From: an uncultured Candidatus Saccharibacteria bacterium
Lineage (GTDB): Bacteria > Patescibacteriota > Minisyncoccia > Phycocordibacterales > UBA9973
Direction: 5' to 3'
DNA: 64,000 nt
Assembly (NCBI GenBank): GCA_964474375.1
Contig: CAYYSG010000002.1
Coordinates: 980 to 64,979, forward strand
A model generated the notes under the pieces. That model was not told where the DNA came from and made no database searches. It saw only the letters and a list, made by a program, of their open reading frames with translations. Within the stretch, counting starts at the first letter, position 1. Each line of letters begins with the position of its first letter. Made by a program: the position numbers and the translations under genes. Shown here one piece after another: positions 28,921 to 39,832 of the stretch.

Positions 28921-29598
28921 CTACGAATTCATAGTATCCGACACGATTTGACCGTCGGCAAGTGTTATTGTACGGTGTGCTAATTTTGCATATTCCGCTT
29001 CATGGGTAACCATAACTATAGTCTGGCCTTCTTTGTTAAGTTCCAAAAAAGTCTTTATGACTTGTTCAGATGTTTCGGAATCTAGGTTAGCTGTTGGTTC
29101 ATCAGCAAATATAATCTTCGGACTATGTGCAATAGCGCGAGCTATAGCTACGCGCTGTTGCTGACCACCGGAGAGCTGTGACGGCAAATTGTTTAGTCTG
29201 TCACCTAGGCCAACTTTGTTCAAAGCTTTGATGCTCTTTTCTTTGGTTATATTTTCGGTATAGCCTTGCATAAGAAGAGGCACCATTACATTCTCTAATG
29301 CTGTTAATGATGGAATAATCGCATAGTCTTGGAAGATATACCCCAAATCATTGAGTCTAATTAATGTTCGGTCATTTTCATTTAATTTCACAACTTCGAG
29401 TCCATCTATATGGATTTCGCCATTGGTTGGTTCATCTAATAGTCCTAACTGGTAGAGTAGTGTTGATTTACCTGAACCGGATTTACCGGTAATAGTCAGG
29501 AATTGTCCTTCGGGTACATCAAAGCTAAGGTTGTCCAGTGCAACTATCCGGCTGTCACCGCTTTCAAATATTTTGTTTATTTTTTCTACTTTAATCAT
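28921..29598 (-). CDS. ABC transporter ATP-binding protein (MacB/LolD/FtsE-type)
   Basis: GKSGSGKSTLL Walker A, LSGGQQQRVAIARAIA signature. Confidence 0.9.
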   Translation of the reverse strand: MIKVEKINKIFESGDSRIVALDNLSFDVPEGQFLTITGKSGSGKSTLLYQLGLLDEPTNGEIHIDGLEVVKLNENDRTLIRLNDLGYIFQDYAIIPSLTALENVMVPLLMQGYTENITKEKSIKALNKVGLGDRLNNLPSQLSGGQQQRVAIARAIAHSPKIIFADEPTANLDSETSEQVIKTFLELNKEGQTIVMVTHEAEYAKLAHRTITLADGQIVSDTMNS

Positions 29599-29603
29599 AA
29601 TAT

Positions 29604-30884
29604 TTATCTACCTAATATCGCGCCTAATGTGTTTTGTTTTACTACAATGCGTGCTGGAATATAACCAGCAATAATGGTTGCTATCATCAAAATCAACGCT
29701 CTTTTAAGAGTACCAGTAAAAGTTGCAACGAGTATCCCATCAGAAAAAGGAAAATCAATAGGATTCTCGGCAAAGAAAGGCTTGATTACACCAAAAGTAA
29801 GTATCATTCCTATTACAATACCGAGGAATGCATAAATAACTGCTTGCATCATGTATGAATACAGGATGGCTTTTTTGTTAATACCGATACCTTTTAGAAT
29901 ACCAATGAATCTTCGGCGTGTGATTGCATTTACGAATATAACAATGAATATTGTAATCGATGCTACAACTAGCCCAATTCCTGAAATAGCATTACCGAGT
30001 ATTGCAAATGTACCTTTGATGTCTGTTAGGAATTTAGGTATAGCTTCGTCAAAAGTCTGAACGCGGGCGTATTCACCAACACCGGACTCTATTAAAAAGT
30101 TTTTAAACGCAGCATCACTATAGCCGTCTTTGAGTTTGACTGAAATACCATCCGCATTTAAATTATCCTGTCCGATTAATTTTCGAACTTCACTGTCGAC
30201 TGTCAAAATAACGCTATCGAATTCGTCCACTTTGGATGACAATATACCTTTGATATAGTATTCTTTGGAATTTTTACCGACAGTTACTTTGACTCTGTCA
30301 CCTATTTTTATATCTTTCAAGGTCTGGAAACCTGGGGATTCGATAGGAGTAAATTCGTACAATAAATTTTTACCTATAAGAACTGAGTCAAAGTCTGTTG
30401 GTTCTAGCATTTCCCCGCGCACAATGAACTTGGAAAAATTCGAGAATTCTTGTTCTTGGTCAATATCAACACCGGTCAAAGCCCCACCTACACCATTACG
30501 GACATCGCCTTCTCTTATGGTTGAACGGTACTCGGACTCGACGCGCGCTGATGCGGTATACCTGACAGTATGAGTTCTATACCCCGGATAAGTCTTAATA
30601 ATGTCCACAATTTCTGGAGTTTTTTCAATGTTAGTTTTGTTTAAAAAAGCAGAAATAACCACATCCCCTGTTCCATATTCACGAGCAGAATTTTCGGACC
30701 CTTGGATCAAGCCGACTAATATTCCAGATACAACAACTAAGTTAAGAAAAGTAAAAATCATAACCGATACGATAAGTACCGTTGTCCATATATTGGCTCT
30801 TTTTATATCACGCTTGGCTAAGAAAAGACCGACTTTGATATTCTGAGAAAAAGAATTTTCCTTTTTAACTTTTTCGGCATCCAT
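29604..30884 (-). CDS. ABC transporter permease, FtsX/MacB-like
   Basis: N-terminal TM, large periplasmic domain, 3 C-terminal TMs. Confidence 0.75.
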   Translation of the reverse strand: MDAEKVKKENSFSQNIKVGLFLAKRDIKRANIWTTVLIVSVMIFTFLNLVVVSGILVGLIQGSENSAREYGTGDVVISAFLNKTNIEKTPEIVDIIKTYPGYRTHTVRYTASARVESEYRSTIREGDVRNGVGGALTGVDIDQEQEFSNFSKFIVRGEMLEPTDFDSVLIGKNLLYEFTPIESPGFQTLKDIKIGDRVKVTVGKNSKEYYIKGILSSKVDEFDSVILTVDSEVRKLIGQDNLNADGISVKLKDGYSDAAFKNFLIESGVGEYARVQTFDEAIPKFLTDIKGTFAILGNAISGIGLVVASITIFIVIFVNAITRRRFIGILKGIGINKKAILYSYMMQAVIYAFLGIVIGMILTFGVIKPFFAENPIDFPFSDGILVATFTGTLKRALILMIATIIAGYIPARIVVKQNTLGAILGR

Positions 30885-30885
30885 A

Positions 30886-32469
30886 TTATTCTTTCTCTAC
30901 TAGTGCTATTTTTTCACCTAGATCAAGTCCACTGGTTATTTCCACCAAGTTTGAACTACCTTTTGTTCCAAGATTGACTAGTCTTTCAATGTAGGTTTTC
31001 TTTTTTTCATTTGTAATTACTTTTACGAAATTTTGACCCTCTATATTTTCGACAGCAGCCATAGGAATTGCAATTACATTTTCCTTGGAACCAGTTGTGA
31101 TTACAATGTTAGCATTCATTCCAGGTTTAACATTTACATCATTCTCGTCGAGTGATACTTTGACGCGGTAGTTAACGATACCGTCGGTTATTGTTGCTCC
31201 TGGTTCAACTTCGGTAACTAGCCCTGTAAAAATTTTGTCTTTACCATAAGCATCAATCGTTAGTTCAACTTTTTGACCCACCATTACATCAGTAATGTTT
31301 GATTCGTTAATATTAGCTTCGATATACAGGTTGCCTACGTCTTGCAAAACTATGACTGGTTCCAGTGATTTTGCTAACTCGCCTACCTTTACATCAACGC
31401 GAGTAATAGTACCGTCAGCTGGCGCGCGGATTACAGTATTTTCATATGCTCCTTGGGCTGCTTGGAGTTGTCCTTCGGCACGCAGAACTTCGGCTTCTTT
31501 TAGAGAAACATCAGCTGGACGAGCTGCTGACTTTTTCAAAGCCAAGTTAGCTTCCGCAGAATCAATGCTGGACTGCGCTGTTTCCAGAGTACTAGACCTT
31601 GTTTCAAGAGCGCTATTATAAGCATTCAAATTAGTTGCATACACAGAACTAGCAGTGTTTGGGATTTTTATTTTAAAAGTCTCACCGTTATTCATACCAG
31701 TAGGAAATGTGACGTAAAGACCTTTACTGCCCAGTGGTAATGGGCCAGAGGTAGATACAGACATAGATCCAGAATCACCCTGTGTACTAGTATAAGCAGC
31801 GTAAGAACCACCACCTGTTGGATAAACGTTAATGGTGTATTCATCTTCAATTTGACCAATATAAGTACCACTAATAGTAGGTACATTGGAAGATGTTATA
31901 CCCAAAGTAGAAACAGCTGCCAAAGATGATGAATATAGTGTAGCAAGAGCATTTCGAACAAGAGTATCCTGCAGTTTTACAGTATTACCGTAAGCACGCT
32001 TTGCGTTTTCAAGAGTAACTTCAGCCACGCGAACTTCTTCGGTAGTTGAGCCTTCGATTGTTCTTTCTAGTGACGCTTTGGCTGACAATACTGATGCACG
32101 AGCTTGGGTCAACGCACCGAGTTCGCTACCATTTTTAAGAGTCGCAAGAACTTGGCCTTTTCGAACCTTTTGACCAACGAATACATTGACGCTGGACACC
32201 AAGTCGCTACCTTTGAATGATAAATTCAAATCAGTAACAGAAGTCACAGACCCTGAAGCTTTGACTGTTGAAATTAAATTTGTACTTTCTACTGGGAAAA
32301 TAGTTATTAGGTTAGGGTTAATTCTTTTGGGTTTGATGACATTCCAAATTATAAAAAGAATAACTAACAGTATTAATAGTCTAGTTATTTTTTTCCTTAG
32401 GGGCCAAGATTTGATTTGATTCAAGAATAATGTGATTTTATTTTTCATACAAGACCAATCATACCACAA
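30886..32469 (-). CDS. HlyD/MacA-family periplasmic adaptor with long coiled coil
   Basis: N-terminal anchor, biotinyl-lipoyl-like halves, coiled-coil region, beta-barrel C-terminus. Confidence 0.7.
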   Translation of the reverse strand: MWYDWSCMKNKITLFLNQIKSWPLRKKITRLLILLVILFIIWNVIKPKRINPNLITIFPVESTNLISTVKASGSVTSVTDLNLSFKGSDLVSSVNVFVGQKVRKGQVLATLKNGSELGALTQARASVLSAKASLERTIEGSTTEEVRVAEVTLENAKRAYGNTVKLQDTLVRNALATLYSSSLAAVSTLGITSSNVPTISGTYIGQIEDEYTINVYPTGGGSYAAYTSTQGDSGSMSVSTSGPLPLGSKGLYVTFPTGMNNGETFKIKIPNTASSVYATNLNAYNSALETRSSTLETAQSSIDSAEANLALKKSAARPADVSLKEAEVLRAEGQLQAAQGAYENTVIRAPADGTITRVDVKVGELAKSLEPVIVLQDVGNLYIEANINESNITDVMVGQKVELTIDAYGKDKIFTGLVTEVEPGATITDGIVNYRVKVSLDENDVNVKPGMNANIVITTGSKENVIAIPMAAVENIEGQNFVKVITNEKKKTYIERLVNLGTKGSSNLVEITSGLDLGEKIALVEKE

Positions 32470-32491
32470 AAATAGCCCTTTAGAAAGCAGG

Positions 32492-33562
32492 CTATTTTAT
32501 GGAATCTATTTGGTATTTGGTGTTAAGGTAAACTGTTTTTTGAGAACTATTCACTAGATTCGTACCATCAAATTCCGCCACATATAGCATGCCTTGCATT
32601 GTTTCTTTGGAAAAATACTGGTCAAAAACAAAATTACCTAATGAGTATATTATGGGTTTGTCTTTATAGGAACCAATGTCCTGCACAACATGCGGATGAT
32701 GCCCCACTACCATATCAGCGCCGGCGTCGATTGCACTATGGGCTAATTTTTCCTGTCGACTATTATGAGTAGTTTTGTATTCCTCGCCCCAGTGGAAAGA
32801 AACTATTAGTACATCAGATTCGGATTTTGCTTTTGTTATAATTTCATTTAGTTTGGGGTCGCTGGCTAGTAGTTGCCCTGAATTATTTGGACCGGCCTTT
32901 ATCCAATCAGGCCCAACATCAGAGAACCCAACGAACCCGAATTTGATTCCGTTTTTTTCTATGATTTTTACTTTTTCGGCATCTTGCTTGTTTGTACCAG
33001 CACCAACGTGCATTATCCCGGCGCCCGTTAGCCTAGACAGAGTGTCTTTAAAAGCAGGAACATTCCAATCCCCTACGTGGTTGTTCGCAAAAGACACAAT
33101 ATCAAAACCAACATTTTTAAATACATCTAAAACTACTGGATTCATGCGGAATGAATAAATAGAGCCAACATTGTTACCCACGTCCGACACCGGACCTTCT
33201 AAATTGCCAAACAAAATATCATAGTCTTTTAGGATATCTGCATTTATAAAAATCTGAGAATAATCCCCTGCAAAATGCTTGTTAACCATGCCTTTGACTC
33301 CACGATCCAGCATGATGTCACCCACGAATGCAATAGTTGTGTTTTCCCTTACATCCGGAATAATACTGATTTTATTCTCTACACTATTTATAACTTGAGC
33401 TGTTTGGCTATGGACACTAGCTAAAATTCCATAATCACCACTGTATATAGCAAACCCTAAAAATAATCCCATGGAGATGAGAATCGTCCCAAATATCTTT
33501 GCGGTAGTGTTACCCATATATTGCGAGTATATACCTAATACAAATAAAAACAAACCCCGCAC
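32492..33562 (-). CDS. CapA/PGA_cap family metallophosphatase-like capsule biosynthesis protein
   Basis: GDIMLDRG, NLEGP, ANNH, HWGEEY, GHHPH motifs. Confidence 0.7.
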   Translation of the reverse strand: MRGLFLFVLGIYSQYMGNTTAKIFGTILISMGLFLGFAIYSGDYGILASVHSQTAQVINSVENKISIIPDVRENTTIAFVGDIMLDRGVKGMVNKHFAGDYSQIFINADILKDYDILFGNLEGPVSDVGNNVGSIYSFRMNPVVLDVFKNVGFDIVSFANNHVGDWNVPAFKDTLSRLTGAGIMHVGAGTNKQDAEKVKIIEKNGIKFGFVGFSDVGPDWIKAGPNNSGQLLASDPKLNEIITKAKSESDVLIVSFHWGEEYKTTHNSRQEKLAHSAIDAGADMVVGHHPHVVQDIGSYKDKPIIYSLGNFVFDQYFSKETMQGMLYVAEFDGTNLVNSSQKTVYLNTKYQIDSIK

Positions 33563-33578
33563 ATGTGCGGGGTTTGTT
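33549..33578 (-). terminator. intrinsic terminator (aacaaaccccgcacatgtgcggggtttgtt) after fusA
   Basis: Perfect palindrome. Confidence 0.6.
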
Positions 33579-33595
33579 AAATAATTTAGTAAAAA

Positions 33596-35737
33596 TTATT
33601 TACGAGCTGCAACGATATCTTTTTCTACGTTTGGTGGAACAATATCATAACGAGCAAATTCCATAGTGAATGATGCGCGTCCTTCGGTCATAGAGCGAAG
33701 TGAGTTAATGTATCCAAACATTTCAGATAGTGGAACAATAGCACGGATTGCTTTGTTCATACCACGGTCCTCCATTCCTTCTACGAGACCACGTTTTGAT
33801 GATAGGTTACCTGTTACGTCTCCCATGAATTTTTCTGGAGTAACAACTTCTACTTTCATCATAGGTTCAAGAATTACAGGACGAGCTAATTTACATGCAT
33901 CCTGCACAGCCATAGAAGCTGCGATTTTGAAAGCCATTTCGTTCGAGTCAACATCGTGGAATGATCCGTCGTATAGTTCAACTGACACATTCACCATTTT
34001 AAATCCTGCAACAACACCACGGTCGAGTCCTTCACGGAATCCTTTTTCACAAGCAGGGATATATTCAGTTGGAATAGCTCCTCCTTTGATTGTGTTTATA
34101 AATTCGAAATGATCATCACGCTTTGTGTTCTTCGGTAGGTTTTCTACATCAACGTCCATGTCCATAGGCTTGATACGAATACGTGTATGTCCATAGTTAC
34201 CACGTCCACCGGATTGTTTGATGTATTTACCTTCTGCTTCAGCAGGATTTGTAATAGTTTCGCGGTATGCCACCATTGGTTTACCAACGTTTGCTTCTAC
34301 AGAGAATTCACGCTTCATACGGTCAACGATGATTTCCAAGTGTAATTCTCCCATACCGGCAATGATTGTTTCGTTTGTTTCTTGGTCAGTACTGACTTTG
34401 AAAGTTGGGTCTTCTTGCGCTAGACGTGACAATGCCATACCCATTTTTTCTTGGTCAGCTTTTGTCTTTGGTTCGATACGTAGTGACACAACTGGTTCTG
34501 GGAACACAATACGGTCAAGCTCGATTGGACTTGATTCACTACAAATTGTATCAGATGTAATTGTGTCTTTTAGTCCTACAGCTGCAGCGATTTCACCAGC
34601 GAAAACTTTTTTAACTTCTTCACGGTCGTTAGCATGCATACGCAAAATTCGGCCGATACGTTCTTTGTTTCTTGTACGTGGGTTATATACATAACTTCCA
34701 GACTCCAGACTACCTGAATAAACACGGAAGAATACAAGCTGTCCAACGTATGGGTCACTTGCTAATTTAAACGCAAGAGCTGAGAAAGGTTCTTTGTCAT
34801 CAGCATGACGCACCATAGGTGAATCATCATTTGGATTAATACCACCAATCGGAGGAATATCCAGCGGTGATGGCAAATAGTCAACAACAGCATCTAGTAC
34901 TAGTTGAACACCTTTGTTCTTTAGTGCTGAACCAGCAAAAACTGGGAAGATTTCGTTAGCAATAACTGCTTTACGCAAAACTTCTTTTAACTTAGCTAAT
35001 GGAATTTCTTTACCTTCTAGGTAGTCATTCATCATTGCTTCGTCATTAAGAGCGATTCTTTCTATTAGTTCACCTCTGTATTTTTCAACATCTTGAACCA
35101 TATCAGCTGGTATATCGATTTCAACAATCTTGTTTCCCATTTCGCCTTCGAATTTGTAGCCTTTCTTTGTAAGTAGGTCTACTACACCTTCGTGGTTTTC
35201 TTCTAGTCCAATTGGAAGCTGTGCACGCACTGCTTTCTTGGAAAGACGGTCTAGAATAGAAGCGTAAGATTTTTCGAAAGATGCACCTGTACGGTCAAGC
35301 TTGTTAATAAAACAAATACGAGGAACGTTAGCTTCGTCAGCATAACGCCAGTTTGTTTCAGATTGTGGTTCTACACCAGCAACACCGTCAAACACAACAA
35401 CAGCACCGTCGAGTACTCTTAGTGATCTTTTAACTTCAACAGTAAAGTCAATGTGCCCAGGAGTATCAATAATGTTGAAACGCACTTTTTTGTTTTTGTC
35501 AGCACCAGCATATGTTGGTGTCCAGAAACATGTAACAGCCGCGGATGTAATAGTAATTCCACGTTCTTTTTCTTGTTCCATCCAGTCGGTTGTAGTTTCT
35601 CCATTGTGAACTTCACCAATTTTGTGAGAAACACCAGTGTAAAACAACACACGTTCTGACGTAGTGGTTTTACCAGCATCAATGTGGGCAATGATACCGA
35701 AATTACGAACTTTTTCTAGAGGATAATCTCTTTCCAT
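33596..35737 (-). CDS. fusA: elongation factor G
   Basis: [16 protein letters not shown]-domain, full 713-aa EF-G architecture. Confidence 0.95.
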   Translation of the reverse strand: MERDYPLEKVRNFGIIAHIDAGKTTTSERVLFYTGVSHKIGEVHNGETTTDWMEQEKERGITITSAAVTCFWTPTYAGADKNKKVRFNIIDTPGHIDFTVEVKRSLRVLDGAVVVFDGVAGVEPQSETNWRYADEANVPRICFINKLDRTGASFEKSYASILDRLSKKAVRAQLPIGLEENHEGVVDLLTKKGYKFEGEMGNKIVEIDIPADMVQDVEKYRGELIERIALNDEAMMNDYLEGKEIPLAKLKEVLRKAVIANEIFPVFAGSALKNKGVQLVLDAVVDYLPSPLDIPPIGGINPNDDSPMVRHADDKEPFSALAFKLASDPYVGQLVFFRVYSGSLESGSYVYNPRTRNKERIGRILRMHANDREEVKKVFAGEIAAAVGLKDTITSDTICSESSPIELDRIVFPEPVVSLRIEPKTKADQEKMGMALSRLAQEDPTFKVSTDQETNETIIAGMGELHLEIIVDRMKREFSVEANVGKPMVAYRETITNPAEAEGKYIKQSGGRGNYGHTRIRIKPMDMDVDVENLPKNTKRDDHFEFINTIKGGAIPTEYIPACEKGFREGLDRGVVAGFKMVNVSVELYDGSFHDVDSNEMAFKIAASMAVQDACKLARPVILEPMMKVEVVTPEKFMGDVTGNLSSKRGLVEGMEDRGMNKAIRAIVPLSEMFGYINSLRSMTEGRASFTMEFARYDIVPPNVEKDIVAARK

Positions 35738-35785
35738 ATGATAATTATTTTATGATTTATTTTATAAGTTTACCAAGCAAAAATA

Positions 35786-36256
35786 CTACCAAGCAAAGTG
35801 AGCAAATGCTTTGTTAGATTCAGCCATTTTGTGAGTATCTGTACGTTTCTTTACAGCTAGTCCTTCGTTCTTAGAAGCCATAATTAGCTCATCAGCTAAT
35901 CTTTCTGCCATTGGTTTACCTTTTACGTTTCTTGCTGCACCAATAACCCAACGAATAGCTAATGCTTGCTGGCGTTCTTTACGAACTTCTCTTGGAACTT
36001 GATAGTTAGCACCACCGATACGGCGTGAACGGACTTCGATCAAAGGAGATGAATTTTTAATAGCAAGGTCAAAGACCTCTAGCGGATTTGGATTGCCAGT
36101 TTTTTCTTTTATTATTTCAAAAGCATCATAAACAACTTTGGATGCAGTATTTTTCTTACCGTCTTGCATCACGATGTTGATAAATTTAGATAGCTTTTCT
36201 GAGTTATAGTTACGGTCAGCACCGACTATATTTCTGTTTGTTACTTTTCTTCGCAT
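35786..36256 (-). CDS. rpsG: 30S ribosomal protein S7
   Basis: Conserved S7 sequence, str operon position. Confidence 0.95.
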   Translation of the reverse strand: MRRKVTNRNIVGADRNYNSEKLSKFINIVMQDGKKNTASKVVYDAFEIIKEKTGNPNPLEVFDLAIKNSSPLIEVRSRRIGGANYQVPREVRKERQQALAIRWVIGAARNVKGKPMAERLADELIMASKNEGLAVKKRTDTHKMAESNKAFAHFAW

Positions 36257-36271
36257 AGTTTCAATCTAAAA

Positions 36272-36697
36272 TTATTTCTTAGCATCAGCTTTCGGGCGTT
36301 TTGCACCGTACTTACTACGCTCTTTACGACGCTTGTCGACACCACTTGCATCAAGTCTTCCACGTACTATGTGATAACGTACACCGATAAGGTCTTTAAC
36401 ACGACCACCACGAATCATTACGACTGAGTGTTCTTGTAAGTTGTGACCCATACCTGGAATATAAGCTGTAACTTCCATACCATTAGTAAGACGCACACGA
36501 GCAATCTTACGAACAGCTGAGTTAGGCTTTTTAGGAGTTGTAGTAGTAACTTTTGTACATACCCCACGCTTAAATGGTGAAGGGTAAAATACTGGACGGT
36601 TATGAAGCTGGTTGAACCCACGTGCTAGAGCAACAGCCTTTGATTTCTTAACCACCTTTTTTCGGCCCTTGCGGACCAATTGATTTACTGTTGGCAT
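36272..36697 (-). CDS. rpsL: 30S ribosomal protein S12 (true start MPTVNQL; ORF-track N-terminal extension rejected)
   Basis: [11 protein letters not shown]...PKKPNSA conserved S12. Confidence 0.95.
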   Translation of the reverse strand: MPTVNQLVRKGRKKVVKKSKAVALARGFNQLHNRPVFYPSPFKRGVCTKVTTTTPKKPNSAVRKIARVRLTNGMEVTAYIPGMGHNLQEHSVVMIRGGRVKDLIGVRYHIVRGRLDASGVDKRRKERSKYGAKRPKADAKK

Positions 36698-36832
36698 TAT
36701 TCTAAATGTACTTTTACAAGCCAGATATCTCAAGTAAACGTACGCTACTATTAAAATCCCGCAAGCGGGACTTGTAGAGACAAAATAACATAATAACCCA
36801 CAAAACGCAAGAGTGGGCACCCTTGCGTAATA

Positions 36833-36889
36833 AAAAACTCCTAGGAAACGTCTGGTGAGCCAACCCGAGGACTTTTCTAGGAGTTTTTT
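36833..36889. terminator. hairpin with 13-bp stem (aaaaaactcctag/ctaggagtttttt) and about 30-nt loop
   Basis: Read directly; loop carries a gtctgg...ccgaggactttt motif also seen near 18401-18440. Confidence 0.45.
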
Positions 36890-36901
36890 ATGTAGCAGAA
36901 T

Positions 36902-37450
36902 TTAGTTTATCTTATGCAACTCTATATCAAATACAAGAGTCGAACCGCCCGGTATAGGACCATAGTCATTAGGGCCGTAACCTAAACCAGGTGGTACGGT
37001 TAGTCGACGCTTCTCGCCTACTTTCATACCTAGTAGTCCTTCGTCCCAGCCAGCTATCACCATACCACCGCCAACACTAAAACTAAATTGTTGTCCGCGT
37101 TTATAAGACTCATCAAAAACTGTGCCATCCGTAAAATAGCCTCGGTAGTCGACACTAACAGTGTCCCCTGATTTTACAGGACTACCAATCCCTTCGTTTA
37201 GTATTTCTATAATAAGGCCACTGTCTTTTTTAATAACTTGTATTGGATTCATACTTTCATTGTCTTTTTTACCTAATAATAATGAACCTGTTGGCAAGAC
37301 TTGTATTTCTTCACTGGTTCCTAAATTACCTTTTACCTGAGGGGCTGTGACTGTAGCACCAAACTGACGATAGCCAAATACAGCTAGTATAACAACCACA
37401 ATTATTATTACTATTCCGAATATAACTTTGGAATCTTTTTTATTATTCAT
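36902..37450 (-). CDS. FKBP-type peptidyl-prolyl cis-trans isomerase, membrane-anchored
   Basis: N-terminal TM; VSVDYRGYFTDGTVFDES...GWDEGLLGMKVGEKRRLTVPPGLGYG. Confidence 0.85.
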   Translation of the reverse strand: MNNKKDSKVIFGIVIIIVVVILAVFGYRQFGATVTAPQVKGNLGTSEEIQVLPTGSLLLGKKDNESMNPIQVIKKDSGLIIEILNEGIGSPVKSGDTVSVDYRGYFTDGTVFDESYKRGQQFSFSVGGGMVIAGWDEGLLGMKVGEKRRLTVPPGLGYGPNDYGPIPGGSTLVFDIELHKIN

Positions 37451-37470
37451 ATTTTATAATTTAACTAAAA

Positions 37471-38835
37471 CTATAATTCTTTTTGGGTAATACGCAGAAC
37501 CCAAGGATAAAGATATTCCACCACTACTACAAAAACTACAACTAGCGTTGCCATGAGCATGAATTCTTTTTTAAGATACGCAAAACTAAATAATGCCAAG
37601 CCCCCAATAAGTAGTGTTGAGTCGAATCTATTATAGACTTCCATCATATAAGTCTTTATACGAGCTTGTGGCAGTAATCCGAACTTTCCAAAGATATAGA
37701 AAACCAAAGATATAACAAGCATCGCAAATATTGTAACAAACAAAGTTACCACCGCCCCAAAAGATGATAGTGCCATAAGCGCAGCATAGGACACACTAGC
37801 TCCTATAATAAGAAATACAATAATAGAAACAAACGATTCAACTTTAGCTAATATGTGTGACTCAGGGTCGCTCTTCGCATCGCGAATATTAACCAATAGT
37901 CCCATAATACCAGCAGCGATGAACGGATTTGCCCCCACGAAAAATGCTAATGCCAGCATTCCAGCAAGCAGTGTAATAGTGTAGAGATTTTCCTTTTTCT
38001 CTTCACCAGCAAGAGTCCACATACGATGATGACGGTGTAATAAATATGCACCAATTAAACCAATGAGTACTCCGTAAACAGTACTAATAATAGCTGAACT
38101 ATATAGTGACGGGTGTTTGAATATCATAACCAAAGAATCCGGAGAGAATCGTGAACTGAAAAGTACAAAGTTATAAAGTATAACTAATAGTGTCATATCA
38201 TAAGCAAACCTGACTGTGCCCATTTGAGACAATGATTTGCTGTTCACATGTGAACCCAGCATGAGCATTATGGCACTGGCACTATAACGTAGTGGTTCAC
38301 TTAATTCTGGGAATACGCTACTAATCAAAGTATTAGTTAGCATAAAAAGAACAACCGAAGTAACAACACCTACAAATACATCTTTCCAGAAAACACGACC
38401 TAGCTTACTTGTTTCAACTAACAAGCCCTGTCTTAGTAATATAAAACATGTTGCAGAAACACCCAGTACTAGATACAAGTTGGGGTTAATATCAATAAGA
38501 GTATTCCAAAGAGTAAAACCAGATACACCGAAAATCATAGCACTGATGGAATAAGGAATATGTAGATTCTTCTTTGCTTCTATAGAAACATAAAAGATAA
38601 GACCAAGTAATCCAACTAATAGAAATGAGTTAAACAAAGTATACTGGTCAAGCATTGCAAAGTAGCTAATAACCGGACCATAGATCCACGGAGCCAATGC
38701 TAATAAAAGAGCAGTTATACCAATAATGAACATCGTAGCGAGTCCACTATGCATAGAACGAAATACATTTTTCATATATCCATTATAGCAAGATAAAACC
38801 ACCAAAGCCAAAGACTTTGGTGGTTTTATTAACAA
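37471..38835 (-). CDS. large polytopic membrane protein, hypothetical
   Basis: More than 10 predicted TM helices; no motif recognised. Confidence 0.5.
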   Translation of the reverse strand: MLIKPPKSLALVVLSCYNGYMKNVFRSMHSGLATMFIIGITALLLALAPWIYGPVISYFAMLDQYTLFNSFLLVGLLGLIFYVSIEAKKNLHIPYSISAMIFGVSGFTLWNTLIDINPNLYLVLGVSATCFILLRQGLLVETSKLGRVFWKDVFVGVVTSVVLFMLTNTLISSVFPELSEPLRYSASAIMLMLGSHVNSKSLSQMGTVRFAYDMTLLVILYNFVLFSSRFSPDSLVMIFKHPSLYSSAIISTVYGVLIGLIGAYLLHRHHRMWTLAGEEKKENLYTITLLAGMLALAFFVGANPFIAAGIMGLLVNIRDAKSDPESHILAKVESFVSIIVFLIIGASVSYAALMALSSFGAVVTLFVTIFAMLVISLVFYIFGKFGLLPQARIKTYMMEVYNRFDSTLLIGGLALFSFAYLKKEFMLMATLVVVFVVVVEYLYPWVLRITQKEL

Positions 38836-38839
38836 GAAT

Positions 38840-39220
38840 TTATTTGTTCTTTAGTAGGTCACGGATTTCAGTAAGAAGAGCAATGTCTTCGGGAGTAGGA
38901 GCTGGGGCGCCGTCTACCTTTTTTTGTTTTTTTAATCTATTTATAGATTTTATTAGTACAAATAGTGCAGCAGCTACAACTAGCAAATTAAATACGGCTT
39001 GGATGAAATTACCATATTTGATTTGGGCATCTAATATACCAAAAGAAAGTTTTGTAAAATCAACACCACCGATTACTGTACCTATTATTGGCATTACAAT
39101 ATCAGATACGAGTGATTCAATTATTTTACCAAAAGCTGCACCAATGATGACACCCACTGCCAGATCCATTACATTGCCCTTTAGGGCAAATGTTTTGAAT
39201 TCGGAAATGTATCTTTTCAT
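38840..39220 (-). CDS. mscL: large-conductance mechanosensitive channel
   Basis: FKTFALKGNVMDLAVGVIIGAAFGKII conserved TM1. Confidence 0.9.
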   Translation of the reverse strand: MKRYISEFKTFALKGNVMDLAVGVIIGAAFGKIIESLVSDIVMPIIGTVIGGVDFTKLSFGILDAQIKYGNFIQAVFNLLVVAAALFVLIKSINRLKKQKKVDGAPAPTPEDIALLTEIRDLLKNK

Positions 39221-39225
39221 AGGAA

Positions 39226-39657
39226 TTAAAGGAAGAATTTAATTAGCCAAATAAATAGTGGAGCAACAATAAGGAAAGAAATGATTGAGTAACCTGCACC
39301 TAGCCAAAAGATAGTCCATGAGTCACCCTTGCCTCGACCGCTCCAAATAGCAGTACTAGCTTTTTGTGGCATAACAATAAAGAACCAGAATAGGGCTGCG
39401 AAAACTAGAGCCGCTGAATAAGTTCCAGCAAAAGCCAAATTCATAAGAGTTAAGAATCCGAACAACATTACAAATGTCATTAGGAAATCAATGACCATAC
39501 GAATCATCATGTCCTTGCGGGCAGTATCCATATTTACTGGTGCTACAATACCCATAGCGCGCATATAAGATTTGCTAAATAATGGACCGTACCAAATCGA
39601 ACCTAAGACAGTTACAAGAGCAGCCCCAATAAGAGGTAGAACAAAAATTGCTAACAT
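39226..39657 (-). CDS. small membrane protein, hypothetical
   Basis: 143 aa, 4 TM. Confidence 0.45.
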   Translation of the reverse strand: MLAIFVLPLIGAALVTVLGSIWYGPLFSKSYMRAMGIVAPVNMDTARKDMMIRMVIDFLMTFVMLFGFLTLMNLAFAGTYSAALVFAALFWFFIVMPQKASTAIWSGRGKGDSWTIFWLGAGYSIISFLIVAPLFIWLIKFFL

Positions 39658-39796
39658 TTTCTATATATAATTAATAACGAATATGGTTACATTATACCAT
39701 ACAAAGCCCCCTATTTTGCAATATTGTAATAAACTGAAAAAATATGCGTATTAATATATGAGTGCTCATTAGCACAAGTGCATAATAATCGACAAT

Positions 39797-39828
39797 CCAA
39801 AGGGCGCGCCGTACGGCGCGCCCTTTGG
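39797..39828. terminator. perfect 32-bp GC-rich palindrome (ccaaagggcgcgcc gtac ggcgcgccctttgg)
   Basis: Self-complementary over full length; sits immediately 3' of the NUDIX gene. Confidence 0.5.
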
Positions 39829-39832
39829 GCTT

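Noticed and set aside
36698-36820. N-terminal 41-aa extension of the rpsL ORF
   Set aside because: The conserved S12 start MPTVNQL is internal and the extension is hydrophobic nonsense, so the start was moved to 36697.
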